A stretch of DNA of 64,000 bases. Origin: the human T2T-CHM13v2.0 reference genome, Homo sapiens. The notes beneath the pieces are model-generated. The model had not been told where the DNA came from. It worked only from the letters and a program-made list of their open reading frames with translations, and did no database searches. This document shows positions 40,389 to 54,429 of the stretch, piece after piece (the stretch's first letter is position 1; each line of letters begins with the position of its first letter). Position numbers and translations under genes: made by a program. Location: NCBI RefSeq assembly GCF_009914755.1, contig NC_060931.1, one strand, 5' to 3'.

Positions 40389-41352
40389 TGTTCAGTAGCA
40401 AGTGTAACAATCCCAGTGAGCACAGGGGTCATGCATCCTGTGATATGGTGCCGCACACAAATGAGTGCAACCTCCTGGACCAAACCTCCTGGACCAACAC
40501 GGACCTGGGACTGGGCTTCACTCAAGAAGCAAATGAGCTTGACCCAAGGCTAAAAGTTCTCAGTGTCATGGTCTTCAGGGAAATCCTTCTTTGCCTCCTC
40601 TTTGTGTGCCCTTTCCCTCCACTCAGGCAGCAGTGCTCTTCTGGCATCGCCCCAAATCAAAAGGGAAGTCACTCCCACTAGCCATTTGCTCTTATTGATG
40701 GATTACACTGCAGTGTGAATATGCTTCATCAACTTTAGCCCAGTGGTTCTTAACCATTTTTGGCAGGAGAAAAGAGAAGTTGGCTCGGTGCATCACAGAC
40801 CTGCCCTGACATCTTGATAAAAGATATGGATCCTCTCCTCAGGGAAACGCACCCCCCACCACCCTTTAAATGCACCAACTCAGTTTCAGGGCTTCCCAAC
40901 TTGAGATCTGTTATCAGGGTCTACTAGACTGTATTATTTGGCTCTTTTTTAGTTTTAAGCTTCTGATCTCTAATTGGGGAAGTCTGTTACTTAGAGGATT
41001 ATCAAGCACCAATAACCAGATAGGGAGGAAGAAATTTCTCTGGTCAGAATCAGACTTCAAAGTGCACAAATGGAACCCTGTTAGACTTCTGGGTAACTGG
41101 GAAGCAGTAAGATAGCAGGGTGACATAGGAGCACTACTCCTGTCCTCTGGGATCTCACTGGCCCTTTGTGCCTCTCTTTCTCACACACACTGGCCACTGG
41201 ATGGAAGTCCCAGAACATTAAAGCCCCTGGGAAGCCGCCCTCCATTAATGATTGGCATGTGTCAACCGGTTAGCAGCCTTGCTTCCTAATTTTCTAGAAT
41301 TATCTACCTTTGGCCTTCCAGGACAAAATATCACATACATAATTTTTAATAG

Positions 41353-41640
<288 letters not shown>

Positions 41641-41648
41641 TTCACAGA

Positions 41649-41861
41649 TTTTTTTTGAGACAGGGTCTCACTCTGTTGCCCAGGCTGGAATGTAGTGGCA
41701 TGATCACAGCTCGACCTTCTGCTGGGCTCAGTATTTGTGTTTTGTACAGATGGGGTTTTGCCATGTTGCCCAGGATGGTTGCAAACTTCTGAGTTCAAGT
41801 GATCTGCCTGCCTTAGCCTCCCAAAGTGCTGGGATTACAGGTATGAGTCACTGTGCCCAGC
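41649..41861 (-). mobile_element. AluJ with internal deletion
   Basis: J-type right arm GAGACAGGGTCTCACTCTGTTGCCCAGGCTGG...ATGATCACAGCTC fused to the left arm. Confidence 0.85.
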
Positions 41862-41865
41862 TGGC

Positions 41866-42768
41866 TTTATTTTTTAGAGCAGTTTTAGGTTTACAGCAAA
41901 TTTGAGCAGAAGGCACACATTTGTTACAATTGATGAGCCTGCACTGACATGTCATTATCACCCAAAGTCCAAAGCTTGTATTAGGGTTCATGCTTGACGT
42001 TGTAAATTCTATCCATTACGACAAATATATAATGACATATATCCACCATTATTGTATCATACACATCGTTCCACTGCCCTAAAAATCCTCTGTGCTCTCC
42101 TAATTCATCCTTCCTTGCTGCCCCCCAACACCTGGCAACCACTGATCTCTGTGCTGTCTCCGTAATTTTGCCTTTTCCAGAATATCATAGAGTGGAAATC
42201 ATAGAGTATGCAGCCTTTTCAGACCGTCTTTTTTAACTTAATAATATACCTTTAAGATTCCTTCATTTATTTTCATGGCTTGATAGATCATTTATTGTTA
42301 GCGCCAAGTAATACTCCATTGTCTGGATGTACCACGGTTTATTCACCTATTCACCTACTGAAAGACATCTGCTTGCCCCCAAGTTTGGACAATTAAAAAT
42401 AAAGCTGCTAGAAATACTTACTACATGTTTTTGTGTGGACACCAGTTTTCAGTTCATTTGGGTAAATATCAAGTGAGTGATTACTGAACTGTGTTTGGTA
42501 AGAGTATGTTTCAGTTTGTAAGAAACTGTCAGCTGAATTCCACAGTGGCTGGACCATTTTGCATTCTCCCCAGCAATGAGTGAGACATCCTATTGCTCCA
42601 CATTTCGTCAACCTTTGGTGTTGTCAGTACTTTGGATTTTCATCATTCTAGTAGGTGTGTAGTATTATTTCATTGTTTTAATTTACAACTTCTTAATGGC
42701 ATATGATATTCAGTACCTTTCATGTGCTAATTTGTCACCTGCATATTTTCTTGGGTGAGGTATCTGTA
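41866..42768 (-). mobile_element. L1MC1-like 3' end
   Basis: TTTAGAGCAGTTTTAGGTTTACAGCAAA; CATTATCACCCAAAGTCC; CACTGCCCTAAAAATCCTCTGTGCTC. Confidence 0.8.
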
Positions 42769-42799
42769 CTTCCATGCTGTTTATTCTACTGGTAATGAG

Positions 42800-43330
42800 G
42801 TTTCTTACAGCAAATGCTATAACCTTGTTTCTCATGAAATCGTTGTAACCCTTCCTTGTTGGCTTTTATTTTAGATCAATTTTCTCCAAAACTAAAATTT
42901 TGTCCTTATTTTACAAAATGAAAACCAAAATTAATTTAAATATTTGGTTTGTCACTAGCAATCCAGTTGATTACTTATCTTATAGCTTATGAATTGAAAC
43001 CACCTTATCATTTTTAGAATCATCCAGAATCTCTTTTTAAAGTTGGTGACTATTTTTTTATTTCCTCTCTTCAATGAAGAAGTAATGGCTCAGCAAATAA
43101 CATCTTCCAATTCCTTGGGTATAATAGAATGTAAGCCATTGGGCCAACTGCAATGAACAAACTCATCCTTCACAGATAATTTTTGGTCACTTTCTTTCCA
43201 ATTCTAGTATACATTTCATTTCCCCACATGAAGGCTTTTAGGTTTTAGGTCACAATTTTTTTAAGAAAACAAAAACCATAAAATATCTGCACTTTCCTAA
43301 TTTTACCCTAAAGCTCCATTTTCACTAAAC
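42800..43330 (-). mobile_element. CR1/L3 LINE ORF2 (reverse transcriptase N-terminal region) relic
   Basis: The minus strand with frameshifts reads AVGP(D)GLHSIIPKELEDVI-AEPL (43151-43083) then IVTNFKKRF-DDSKNDKVVS. Compare the CR1 motifs GPDGIHPRVLKELADVIAEPL and VTPIFKKG..EDPGNYRPVS. Confidence 0.7.
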
Positions 43331-43504
43331 AGATTAAGCACATGCATTTTTTTAACAACAACAAATCTGAAAACAGACATTTTAATTTGAAATATTTTGG
43401 GGAAAATATTTAAGGAAATAGTCGTAGATTATAAAACATACTGAGGTTACTCTTATCAAAACATTTGACTACTTCAAAATGCAGTTAAAATGACATTAAA
43501 ATAT

Positions 43505-44537
43505 GACACGGAAAGCACACTCAACAAAATAAAAAAAAAAGATAAACTGAACTTCATCAAAATTAAAACCTGTAGTGCATTGATGCCACTATCAAGAGAG
43601 TGAAAAGACAGCCCACAGAATTGGAGAAAGCTTTTGCAAACCACATATCTGATATGATTCTCTATACTAGAATGTATAAAGCCAAGTACATATTCAGAAG
43701 ATATAAAATATCCAGAATATATTAAAGAACACTTACAACTCAACAACAAAATGACAATCCAATTTAAAAATGGGCAAAAGACTTGCCTATCATTTCTCCC
43801 AAGATATACAAGTGGCCAATAAGCACATTAAAAGATCCTCCATGACATTAGTTATTAGGAAAATGCAAATTAAAACCACTTTACTCACTAGAATGGTTAT
43901 AATTCAAAAAAAAAAAGAAAATAATGGGTGTTGGTAAGGATGTGGAGAAATCAGAATATTCATATATTGCTGGAAGGAATTAAAATGAATTACAATGTGG
44001 TCCTGCAATTCCACTCCTAGGTATATACCCAAAAGAATTCAAAACAGGTGTTTGAGCAAAAACTTGTACATGAATGTTTATAACAGCTCTGTTCACAGTA
44101 GCCAAAAGGTAGAACCAACCTAAATATTCATCAACAGACGAATGGGTAAACCAAATGTGATATATTCATATAGCGGAAATTGCTCCACTATAAAACAGAA
44201 TGGAATACTGATACATGCTACAATATAGGTTAATTTCAAAAACTTATACTAAATAAAGGAAGCCACAGACAAAAGGCCAAAAAGTATATGCCCCCATTTG
44301 TATAAAATATCCAGAACAGGCAAATTAATAGAGACAGAAAACAGACTAGTTGCTGCCAGGGGCTGAGGGCAGCAGAAAATGGGAGTGACTGCTTAATGGG
44401 CATTGGAATGAACAAGTTCTGGAAATAGTGGTGATGGTTGCACAACATTGTGAATGTACTTAATGCCACTGAATTGTATACTTTAAAAAGGTTATGACGG
44501 TAAGCTTTATGTTATGTGTATTTTACCACAATAAAAG
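43505..44537 (+). mobile_element. L1MB-type ORF2-end and 3'UTR
   Basis: ACTTCATCAAAATTAAAACC; ends GTTATGTGTATTTTACCACAATAAAAG. Confidence 0.85.
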
Positions 44538-45269
44538 AGACAATAAATGCTTCAAAGGCATGATTTAAATTAGTTTTACTAGTTCATTTTATTTCAGAAA
44601 TCGGTGTTTACATTGTCTAAAGGTAGAATTAATCCATGTTTTAAGCTTTTGTTCTATACGGGGCAGAGAGAATGTTGTAATGTTTCTCACCTTCACCCTG
44701 TGTTCTTGGAGAGTATTTAATTTGGCTTATTGGCTGCAAATGTACATTATTTTTCTTTTTCAACTTAATTTGACCTCCACAGTTATGTGTTATAGCTTGG
44801 GGTTCAAGATATAGGATAGTTTCATCATAAATGCTTTTGGAATCATATTTATGAGTTTTTCTAAACTTTGTATAAGTCTGACTTGTAGTTACTGTTTTAC
44901 AGTAAGCCCAGTCTTTCAATTTCCCAGTAAAGTTAATGGCTATTAAAATTGCATCTAACATTTTTGGACTCAGTTATCTCTTAGATTTAATTCAATTTTC
45001 TAAACAGTCTTTGCTTATTATGTATTTTCCTTTCCCTTCAAAAATGAATCAATTATTAGTTTCCAACATAATTTTGACCAAATTTAAGTTCTTATTAACA
45101 CTTTTTTAATTCTATGAAGCAAGTCAAGTGAGTTATCTCAACTACATTTTCATAATGTACGTAGGCTTATTGATAATATTAAGTATTACTGCAATGATTA
45201 ATGTTATATGTCATCTCTCTCTCTCTCTCTCTCTCCCCACAATCCCCCCATCCCCTGCCCTGCCCACTG

Positions 45270-45913
45270 GTGCTTAAGCTTGGACATCCATCCTCTCCTG
45301 CCCTCAGATATTGACGTGCTCCTGGTTCTCAGGCCTTCAGGCTTGGAATAGAATCTACACCACCAGGTTTTCTCAGCCCCCAGCATGCAGATGGCAGATC
45401 ATAGGACTTCTCAGTCTCCATAATCATGTGAACAAATTACCTCATAATAAATCTCTATAGATCTATGTCAGTATCCACACCTATATGTATTCTATTGGTT
45501 CTGTTCTCTGGAGACCTGTTGATACAGTTTGGCTGTGCCCGCCCCCCTGCCCCGCCCTGCCCAAATCTCATCTTGAATTGCAGTTCCCATAATCCCCACA
45601 TGTTGTGAGAGGGACCCGGCGGGAGATAATTTAATTATGGGGGTGATTACCCTCATGTTGTTCTCATGATAGTGAGTGAGTTCTTACAATATCTGATGGT
45701 TTGGCTTTTCCCCGTTTGCTCATTCTTCTCTCTCCTGCTGCTATGTGAAATCGGACTTGTTTGCTTCCCCTTCTGCCATGATTGTAAGTTTCCTGAGGCC
45801 TCCCCAGCCATGCTGAATTGTGAGTGAAATAAACCTCTTTCCTTTATAAATTACCCAGTCTTGGTTATATCTTTATTAGCAGCATGAGAACTGACTAATA
45901 CACCTATAATACA
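45270..45913 (+). mobile_element. MLT2 (ERVL) LTR 3' part, interrupted by THE1
   Basis: CTCCTGGTTCTCAGGCCTTC, GCAGATGGCAGATCATAGGACTTCTCAG and TCTATTGGTTCTGTTCTCTGGAG; the terminal AATACA resumes after the THE1. Confidence 0.8.
45520..45902 (+). mobile_element. THE1C/D MaLR solo LTR
   Basis: TGATACAGTTTGGCTGTG...CCAAATCTCATCTTGAATTG; ends GCAGCATGAGAACTGACTAATACA. TSD CCTGT / CCTAT. Confidence 0.9.
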
Positions 45914-46469
45914 ATTACTAATAAGTGATAATGTAGCTCAGTCAGGGAATATAGAAAATTATTAAGAAGAAAATATAAATCACTCAAGAACCTCTTACCT
46001 GCTGGCAACGTTAATAGTTTAGTGAATAGCCTTCAGGTCTATGTATGAGAGATATGTAAAATGCTTAAAACAATCCTGCAATTTTCATTTTCAGTCTACT
46101 ATGCATAGTGGATATCTTTTCATCTTAGAAAATAGACATAAGTCATCTACTGATAGCTCCAAAATATTCATTTGTGGGAATATATCAAATACTATTTCAT
46201 TTGGGATGAGCATTCAGTTTTCAATTCTTCCTTCTATGAACCTCATTCTAGTGAATGTTAAACACACATATGTTAAATGTTAAATACATGTATTTTCATA
46301 TACAATTAGTTATCTGTGCATGTATTTCTTGAGGTTATGAAGTAAAAGGCCTCACGCCTTCTATAGTTTGAATTCTATTGATATTGATATGCAATGCTGA
46401 CTTCCCTCTGATCTGTCCTAGGAATCCCACCACCAGACCCCAATCTCCATGACCTAAAGACAATCTTTT

Positions 46470-46770
46470 CATTGTAAATTTACAAATTACAGTTGTATAT
46501 ATTTATGGGGTACAAAGTGAGATTATGATTTAATAAATTTATTTAAAAGTTTATGATTTATAAATATAAAATGATTTATAAATATGATTTAGAAAAATTA
46601 AATCAAGCTAATTAACATATCTATTACCTCAAATACTTTTCATTTTTTTGTGGTGACAATGTTTACTCTTAGTGATTCTGAAAAGGTACAATACACTATC
46701 ACTAATTATATTCACCACACTGTACAATAGATCTCAGAAAACACCCTTATTTCTCTTGTCTAATTGAGGC
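46470..46770 (-). mobile_element. L1MA-type 3' end (within older L1ME fragments, ~46000-47700)
   Basis: TTGTATATATTTATGGGGTACAAAGTG; AATCAAGCTAATTAACATATC; CTGTACAATAGATCTC. Confidence 0.75.
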
Positions 46771-47955
46771 TTCATCTAACAGTTTATTTCAATTTTTAGT
46801 TTTTAACTTCTACTAAAGTTGAACGTTATTTTGCATTCAGTGGTCTTTTGTATTTTTTTTATAAGTTGTATAATTATGTTCTTCACCCATTGCTTATTGA
46901 GGATTTCTTTTTATTAATTTGCAAGAGCTCTTTATATATTAGGAAATGTAACTCTTCTTTCATATTCATTGCAAATATTACCTCAAAATATCATTAGTAT
47001 CTAATAAGGGTCTCCTTGTCATTTTTCTTTCTTTCCTAAAAATACTTTATCTCTGAAATTTTCAAATAGATACATAGAGATAATTACATAAGGAATCCCC
47101 TTATAGCTATCACTCAGCTTCAATAATTATTGAAACTACTACCAATCTGGTTTTATCTTTCAACCACTGTTTTTCTTTGTTGTTTTAAGCCAAGCTCATA
47201 TTACCCATAAACATATCTGTAGGCATCTCTAATTAATATGGACATTTGGACCCATAATCACATACCATGTTCCCAACTTATCCACCTGTAATATGATGGA
47301 AATTTCACCAACTCACACAAAACCGCTTTGGATAGCATATACCCATTTTGAAACTTCTTACCATTATCCATACTCCTTTTCCTGGACCTTCTCCTAAAGT
47401 TGTTTGGCCTATTTAATCAGAAACTATTTCATCCATCTACTTGTCATAGGTTCTTGAACATATTTTCATAATGTTTATCAGATTCACTTTTTCCACAAAG
47501 GTTTTGTTTTCATTCAGATGTTCTCCACACATTATTCACTTTCTCTTTTCTGTGTATCAGATAATTGTAGGCTTTTGAACCTAAAGGCAATTGTAATTCT
47601 TATTTTCACTGCCTCTCCTCAGTTGCAGCTCAATATTTCCAATTTAAGTGATAGTGTCTGCTGAGATGGCAAGCTCTTCCTGTTAATTTTCCATGTTGTA
47701 GGCATTTACATAGGCATTTGGGGAAGTTAAGGGTTTTCCCCAAAGCATTTCCCACTTACCACAACTGTCCACCTCACAGCAGACTTCAGGATTTCCCCCA
47801 GATCGATACACTTATTTTAGTCCCATATTAACTCATCTTCATTAAATCTCCCTTTGCCTATGCAGCAAGCAGCCTGCCCCCAGAGTCCCAGTCTTCACCA
47901 GGTGTCTCTCCTCTTTTACTCAGGAGGACTTTCCCAGGAAAACCATGCCACTAGC

Positions 47956-48015
47956 AAAAAAAAAAAAAAAAAAAAAAAAAAACAAAAAACAAACAAACAA
48001 ACAAAAACAAAAAAA
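47956..48015 (+). repeat. A27 plus (CAAA)n tract
   Basis: Seen directly. Confidence 0.95.
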
Positions 48016-51000
48016 CACATAAAACTTGTCAGTGAGGGATCTTTATCCCTAGGATGCTTCTGTTTTATTTCTTTTTCAGGTTAGGAGAATTTGTGACTTC
48101 TTCACTCCTACCCACACAGTCCTGAAGTCAAACCATCCAAGTTTGACCAGAGAGGGTTAGTCACTATAGGTTAGCAGGTGATGGAGCTGGTGATTGTGTT
48201 TGTGCATATCTGAGGGTGTGATAAGCCCCAGCTGGTTTTAGCACAGTTAGCTCTCAGTGCTTGAGTCCTTCTGGAATGGTATGGCATATAAGCCAGGGAG
48301 GTCAGGTCCACTTAGAGATGATGGGGCAAGAACTTTTGAAGCTTTTCCCTAAAGCTGTTCTCAGTTCCATACCAGCCTCCCAGATATATGTTACCCAGGC
48401 CAAGCTGAAGTCATGGAGTATCAGTTAGAGGGCTTCATAGAGATCATCTTGTCAACCTCTATCATCTAATGAACAAAGAAACCAAAGCTTAGGAAGGTGA
48501 ACTGAATGACCTGCCCAGGATTGGAGAGAGAATCATGACCCAAACCAGGTCTCCTGAATCTTCCATCCACCAAACCAAACCAAACCATCTCTGGTAACAC
48601 TCTCTGGCTACTGTGCTTTCTACTCAAGCACACAAGGCCAGTGTTGACTCTCCAAAGCATCATGTGTTACAGCAGAGCCTCAAACAACCTCGGTGGGACT
48701 AACTGTCATAATCAAATTGACTCCAAAGGATATGGAACATAACTTTCTCAATCTGGGATCTCATTCGTCGCAATTCTAGAATCCCTCATGATGGACATCA
48801 GGGAAATGGAATTTAGTATGGCCCTGTGGGATAAACTAAAGTCTACTAAACAAAAGGGAATAGTGAGCCTGGGACTAAGAAGAAAAATAGACTTCAAAGG
48901 AGAACAGATGATGAGCTCTGGTGCTCACAGGAAGCCCCAGGACAAAGTTTCAGTCCCATCTTACCCTTGACCGGCCTCAGACCTTAAAGTAGTTGGTCTT
49001 TTGTCTGTAAAAAGACAACAGGATTGGGTCCTTAAGTGAAGAAATAAATAGTAAGTAGTTCTCCAGGTTTTCTGCAGTTATGTCTCATATTTGACAATCT
49101 TACACTCACCGACTTGACAGTCTGCTTTCACTAATCCATATGCATATAAGGTGTATATTACCCCCATGTCTACGAGATTCTCACTTAGCCAACGACATCT
49201 GTCTTTGAACTGTCACGAAATGCTAGAATGATTCTTTTTCTTTTGTGGTGTCAATTCCTCTTTCTGTCATTATTAACCTTGTTAAATACCCTCTTCCCTC
49301 CCCTTCTGAAAGGCATGAACTGAGTGCTAAGTTTCAAACATACCCCCTTAACACATCCAGATGGGGGGAAAAAAGCACATCTAGCTATCTACTTAATCAA
49401 ACATCTACTTTCACTCCATCAACGGGGAGTAGGCCCTTTTGTACATTTAACAAATTCAAGCAATTTAGCAACTGGGTTAAAGTCTATGTAAAGTACTTCA
49501 ACAACATGGGAAATGAAGACACTGGTCTTCTGTCTTAGAATTGGTTAATGGAAGACGTGAAGTCTCAAAACGCGTACAACAGTGGGTTCTTACGGAGCTG
49601 CCTAATGCACTGCTGGGAAAACCTTGAGAAGTTTTCCATCACGGGGGGAGGGGGGTTGACAGTTTTTGCCTTTGCTGTCAGTTCCACTGTGGGAGGCTCC
49701 TAAATTTATTATACCTGGGAAATGATTCTAGTGCAAACCCATCCTGAAAGAAGCCAAGAAGTGAGGCATGCAGAACATCCTTCTACAGGTATTATTGGTT
49801 CCCACCCCAAGTTACAGAGGCCGAGTCAAGGCGACTCCATGGGCCATGACCATGGGGCACTTTATCTAACTTGATCAAGGTGGAGCAGAGCAAGAAATTG
49901 GTCCTATTTGCCTTGCTACGTCAATAAGTTTTCCAAGCCTTAACTTAAAAAAAAAATTTACCTCATAAAACAGAATTGTCACAGTGGAGTGGTGGTATTT
50001 TCTACCAGCAACAATGTCTCTATAAAATGCCCTTTCTACTGAGTAGTCAAAATGCTCAATGCCACCTGTTAGAAGCTCACATGTCAAACAGTTTTTTGGG
50101 TCATCAAGAAGCAGCTGTATTTCTTTCTTAAAAAAATTAAAAATAACTCTCCTCACCTTGGGGGACTCCTTTACCTCAGTTTCCTCATCCATAAAATAAG
50201 AATAATAATGTGGTCCAACTTCCTGGGGAGGAGAAGATTGGCAAGCACTTTTTGCTGATGAGCTCAAAAGCTATGCAAATATAAATTATTGAGTACTGCA
50301 CATATTGCCACACTGCTACCTGAGGTGCTGGGAGCTTTCACTGAAATCAACAGGAGCTCCAGGAATGCAAAAGAAATATGTACTGGGAGAGATGGGTCCA
50401 GAGCATTTTGGTGGTGCTTATTGAAGCACAGTGTTGTAGTGGAGGGGCAACTGCTAAGTGTATGATTATCGACCGCTGCATTTGGATTTGCTCTGAGAAC
50501 TCTGCTATATCAGATAGTCCGGCTCAAAGGACATCAATCATTTGGTGCAACACTCTGTGTCTTATGGGCTTAATGGCCTTTGAATCCAGAGGGCCAAAAG
50601 CCGCCCTCTGAAGTGAGCAAAGGGCTCTTCAAAGGCTGGAGGAGTACGAGGAGGATGAACTGACTTTTGATTCACAAATAATAAATAACCTAAGAGTAAG
50701 ATAATTAAAGTAGCATACAGGTTCTGACCTTCAAAGGATCAATAAACAAATGCATCTCCTGCTCTACACTTTAGCCATTGGAGCCAAATCCCATGGTTCT
50801 ACCCTCAGTTTAGTCCCTCGGCTTAATCATCTTTTGATTGGCCATGAAATGTGTACCTAACTATAGTCAACAGTCTTACAAACATATATACATCCTGTAT
50901 ATCTATTTGTACAAAGAATTGGATCTTCATCCTGCATATTCTCTTTTCAAAATTAGCCTTTGTTTACCATCTATAAATCAAGACAACATTATTCCTTCTC

Positions 51001-51879
51001 CCAAAATGCAGGGTTATTCAATACAACTTGTTGGAAACAAACCGGCTTGGCTGAAAATGTTTATGAGCTATAATCATAGAAAATAAAGGGATATTATAAT
51101 GAGAAGTCAATCTTTCAGTTTAATTGCAGAACACTTTTTAAGCTACAGAAAATTGTGAATTTGAGCTCTGAAGTGGAAATAAAGTTGCCAGTTTCAGACT
51201 GCATATCACAGAAAATGAATTCTTTTTCTTCATTAGAAAAACATATCTGCAAGTAATAAGATATTATGAGTAAATATTACAAGAATACATTGTACTGGGC
51301 TGTGTGTAGCTACAGAATGCATTATATCTTTAAATTATTTCTAAATCACAAATTTAGAGAAAGTCCTGCTCCTGGCATTACTAAATTATAATCTGTCTTC
51401 TTATCCTACAGAAATAAAGAGGTATCAACTCACTTAGGATAATTGCCTGATACAACCAGAACAGGATTAGGGAAAATTCATTATGGTATTGCAGTGTTGT
51501 ATTTTAAAAGTATTCTCTGCTTCCTTTTTGAAAAATGGCTTAAAAATGAGCAGAATAATGCACATACAAGGAAAGTGTGAAATAAATTGTCAACTTTTAG
51601 TTGAAGGAAGGAAATTTGGAATATTCTGTGTTGAAGCCTTTACTGCTAAGACAGCATTAAATAGGTGAAGAAGCAACACTTCTAGTGAATGATCGCAGAG
51701 CCCCAGACAGGACAGAAGCATAGGGAGGGATGGGGGTCTTTCAGCTGTCAGGAGAGGAAAACACAGTCCCTCTGCATATTGGAAAACAAATGTGCCAACT
51801 CCTTGACATGTTACTTAAACAAAAATATTTTTCCTGTAAGTAAGATAAACCCTTCAAAAGTAGCACCATGAAATGGAAC

Positions 51880-52870
51880 TATCTGCTGAATATCTGCTCA
51901 CTGTTCTAGGAACTGTGAGGAAACAAAATAGAAAAAAAACCAAATCTCTCCTTTCAATGAGAGCAAACAACAAATGTTACCAATGAAAACCAGAGAGAAG
52001 GCAGGAGAAAAGCTAACGCTCGGGTGGGTCAAGGTCGTTCCCTTTCATGGAGAACAGACAATGACAACTCAACCACAATGATAATGGACCAAACACCTGA
52101 AGCCAGTAAGGGGGGTGGGCAGGCAGAAATCCAGGGGAGAACCTTCTAGGAGACAGCAGTAAGTGCAAGGCAGTGAGCTGGTCTGGAGCACTTGAGGACT
52201 ATAAGGTAGGGCCAAGTGGCCAGAGACAGGCAAGTAAGTGGGAGAGTGGAGTCTGGCCTGCATTCAACACAGAAGCACCCCGATCTGACTCTGCTCTTCA
52301 TCAAGCTCTCTCTGGCTTCTGTGAGGGGCAGGGGTGGAAGTAGAGAGACCCCTGAGGAGGACACTGCTATTTGCAGATGAGAGGTGACCAGCCTGTCTGC
52401 AATGGAGGGAGAGGAGGTCCGACCATGGACACCTGATACCTGCAGAGCTAGTGGGATTCCCCAATGGACTGGATGGTAAGTGAGAGAGAGAGGCATCAAG
52501 AATGACTCCAAGGTTTTGGCCTCAGCAATTGCCAGCTGGTATTCAATGAGATGAAGGGGTCTCAGTGAAGCAAGTAAGAGAGGAAGATCAGGGATTCAGC
52601 TGGGAGACAGTAAATATAAGTTGCCTATTAAGCCTCCAAGTAAAGGTGTTAAGGAGGTGGGAGAGTTCAAAAGGAGGTCTGAAGAGCAGATATTAATTTT
52701 TGGAGTAAGGGTACAGAGATGACATTGCAAACTGCTTCTGGAGAGGCCTTCAAGGAACTGACTGCGGAGGGAGACATGTCTGGAGAGCTGCAGCATTTTA
52801 GGAAAGAGGGGAGAAAACAGCCAATGAATAGCACAAGAGAAAAGCATGGCGAGTGGGGTGTCCTGAAGAT
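51880..52870 (-). mobile_element. L2
   Basis: GAGAGAGGCATCAAGAATGACTCCAAGGTTTTGGCCTCAGCAA and AAGTTGCCTATTAAGCCTCCAAGT are typical of antisense L2. Confidence 0.75.
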
Positions 52871-53235
52871 CTACCTCACTGATATCGGGGTTCAATAAAA
52901 TGTTCGTGCATTTTTTGGTAAATTTTAAAGTGCTAGATAAATGCTGACTTACTACCTTTGGGACCAGATGGACTTTGCTCCATCCATTGAGATCATTCTT
53001 TCCAGCTCTTCTTAGATTAAAAAAAAAATCCACTTTTAACTTAGTCAAGGTTAGTCCCAACTGAGAATCTGGAGACACATTCCTGGGAATCAGAAGCTCT
53101 GCCTACTTTTGACTTGTTAGATAGCACTTTCTGAGAAATCTTACAGCCACCCATAAACAGGGGAAAGGGAGAAGGGCTAACTCACATTGATTACTAGGTA
53201 TTACAATTGAAGACTTATGTTCATGCTTTTGTTTA

Positions 53236-53539
<304 letters not shown>

Positions 53540-53740
53540 CTAGACTAAATTTCAGTCCTACTTGATAGGCTGGAAAGGCTGTTCACATATCTTACTCTTT
53601 CCTGGACAGGTCCATTCCATCTGACCTCTCTACCAAGACTGTTGCTTCTAAGACTGACAATTCGGCCTTAGGGGAAATAAAAAATTTAAAGAGAAGTGAA
53701 GGAAAACGCTTCCCACAAATTGGAGAAAGGTGTCTTAAAA

Positions 53741-54220
53741 CAGCAGTCCCCAACCTTTTTAGTGCCAGGAACTGGTTTCATTGAAGATAATTTTTCCACA
53801 GAGGTCAGGAGGGGATGGTTTGGGGATGAGTCAAGAGCATTACATTTATTGTGCACTTGAGCTCTATTATTACTATTACATTGTAACATATAATGAAATA
53901 ACAACTCACCATAATGTAGAATCAGTGGGAGCCCTGAGCTTGTTTTCCTGTAACTAGATGGTCCCATCTGGGGGTGATGGGAGACAGTGACAGATCATCA
54001 GCCATTAGATTCTCATAAGGATCATGCAACCTAGATCCCTCACATGTACAGTTCACAGCAGGATTTGCAATCCTAAGAGAATCTAATGCCACCATTGATC
54101 TGATGGGAGGTGGAGCTCAGGAGGTAATGTGAGTGATGGGGAGTGGCTATAAATACAGATGACACTTTGCTTGCTCACCCTCCCTATACTGGTCAGTGGC
54201 CCTGAGGTTGGGAATTCCCG
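53741..54220 (+). mobile_element. MER1A (hAT-Charlie)
   Basis: CAGCAGTCCCCAACCTTTTT start, GAATCAGTGGGAGCCCTGAGCTTG internal, GGTTGGGAATTCCCG end. TSD TCTTAAAA / TCTTACAG. Confidence 0.9.
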
Positions 54221-54429
54221 TCTTACAGAAATCAGTTCTTGGAGAGATCTCATTTCTGTGTTGGGAAATGTGGCATAAGCAGGAAGAAAGAGGATACGTG
54301 TGGAGCCAGAGGAGGAGCCAGCATGATTCGCAAGGTAATTTGAAAAGAGAGGGCAGACGCATGGCTGAAATATTATAACTGGCCAAGATTTGTATCCCAG
54401 CCTGGTCACATAAAAACTGAATGCTTCAA

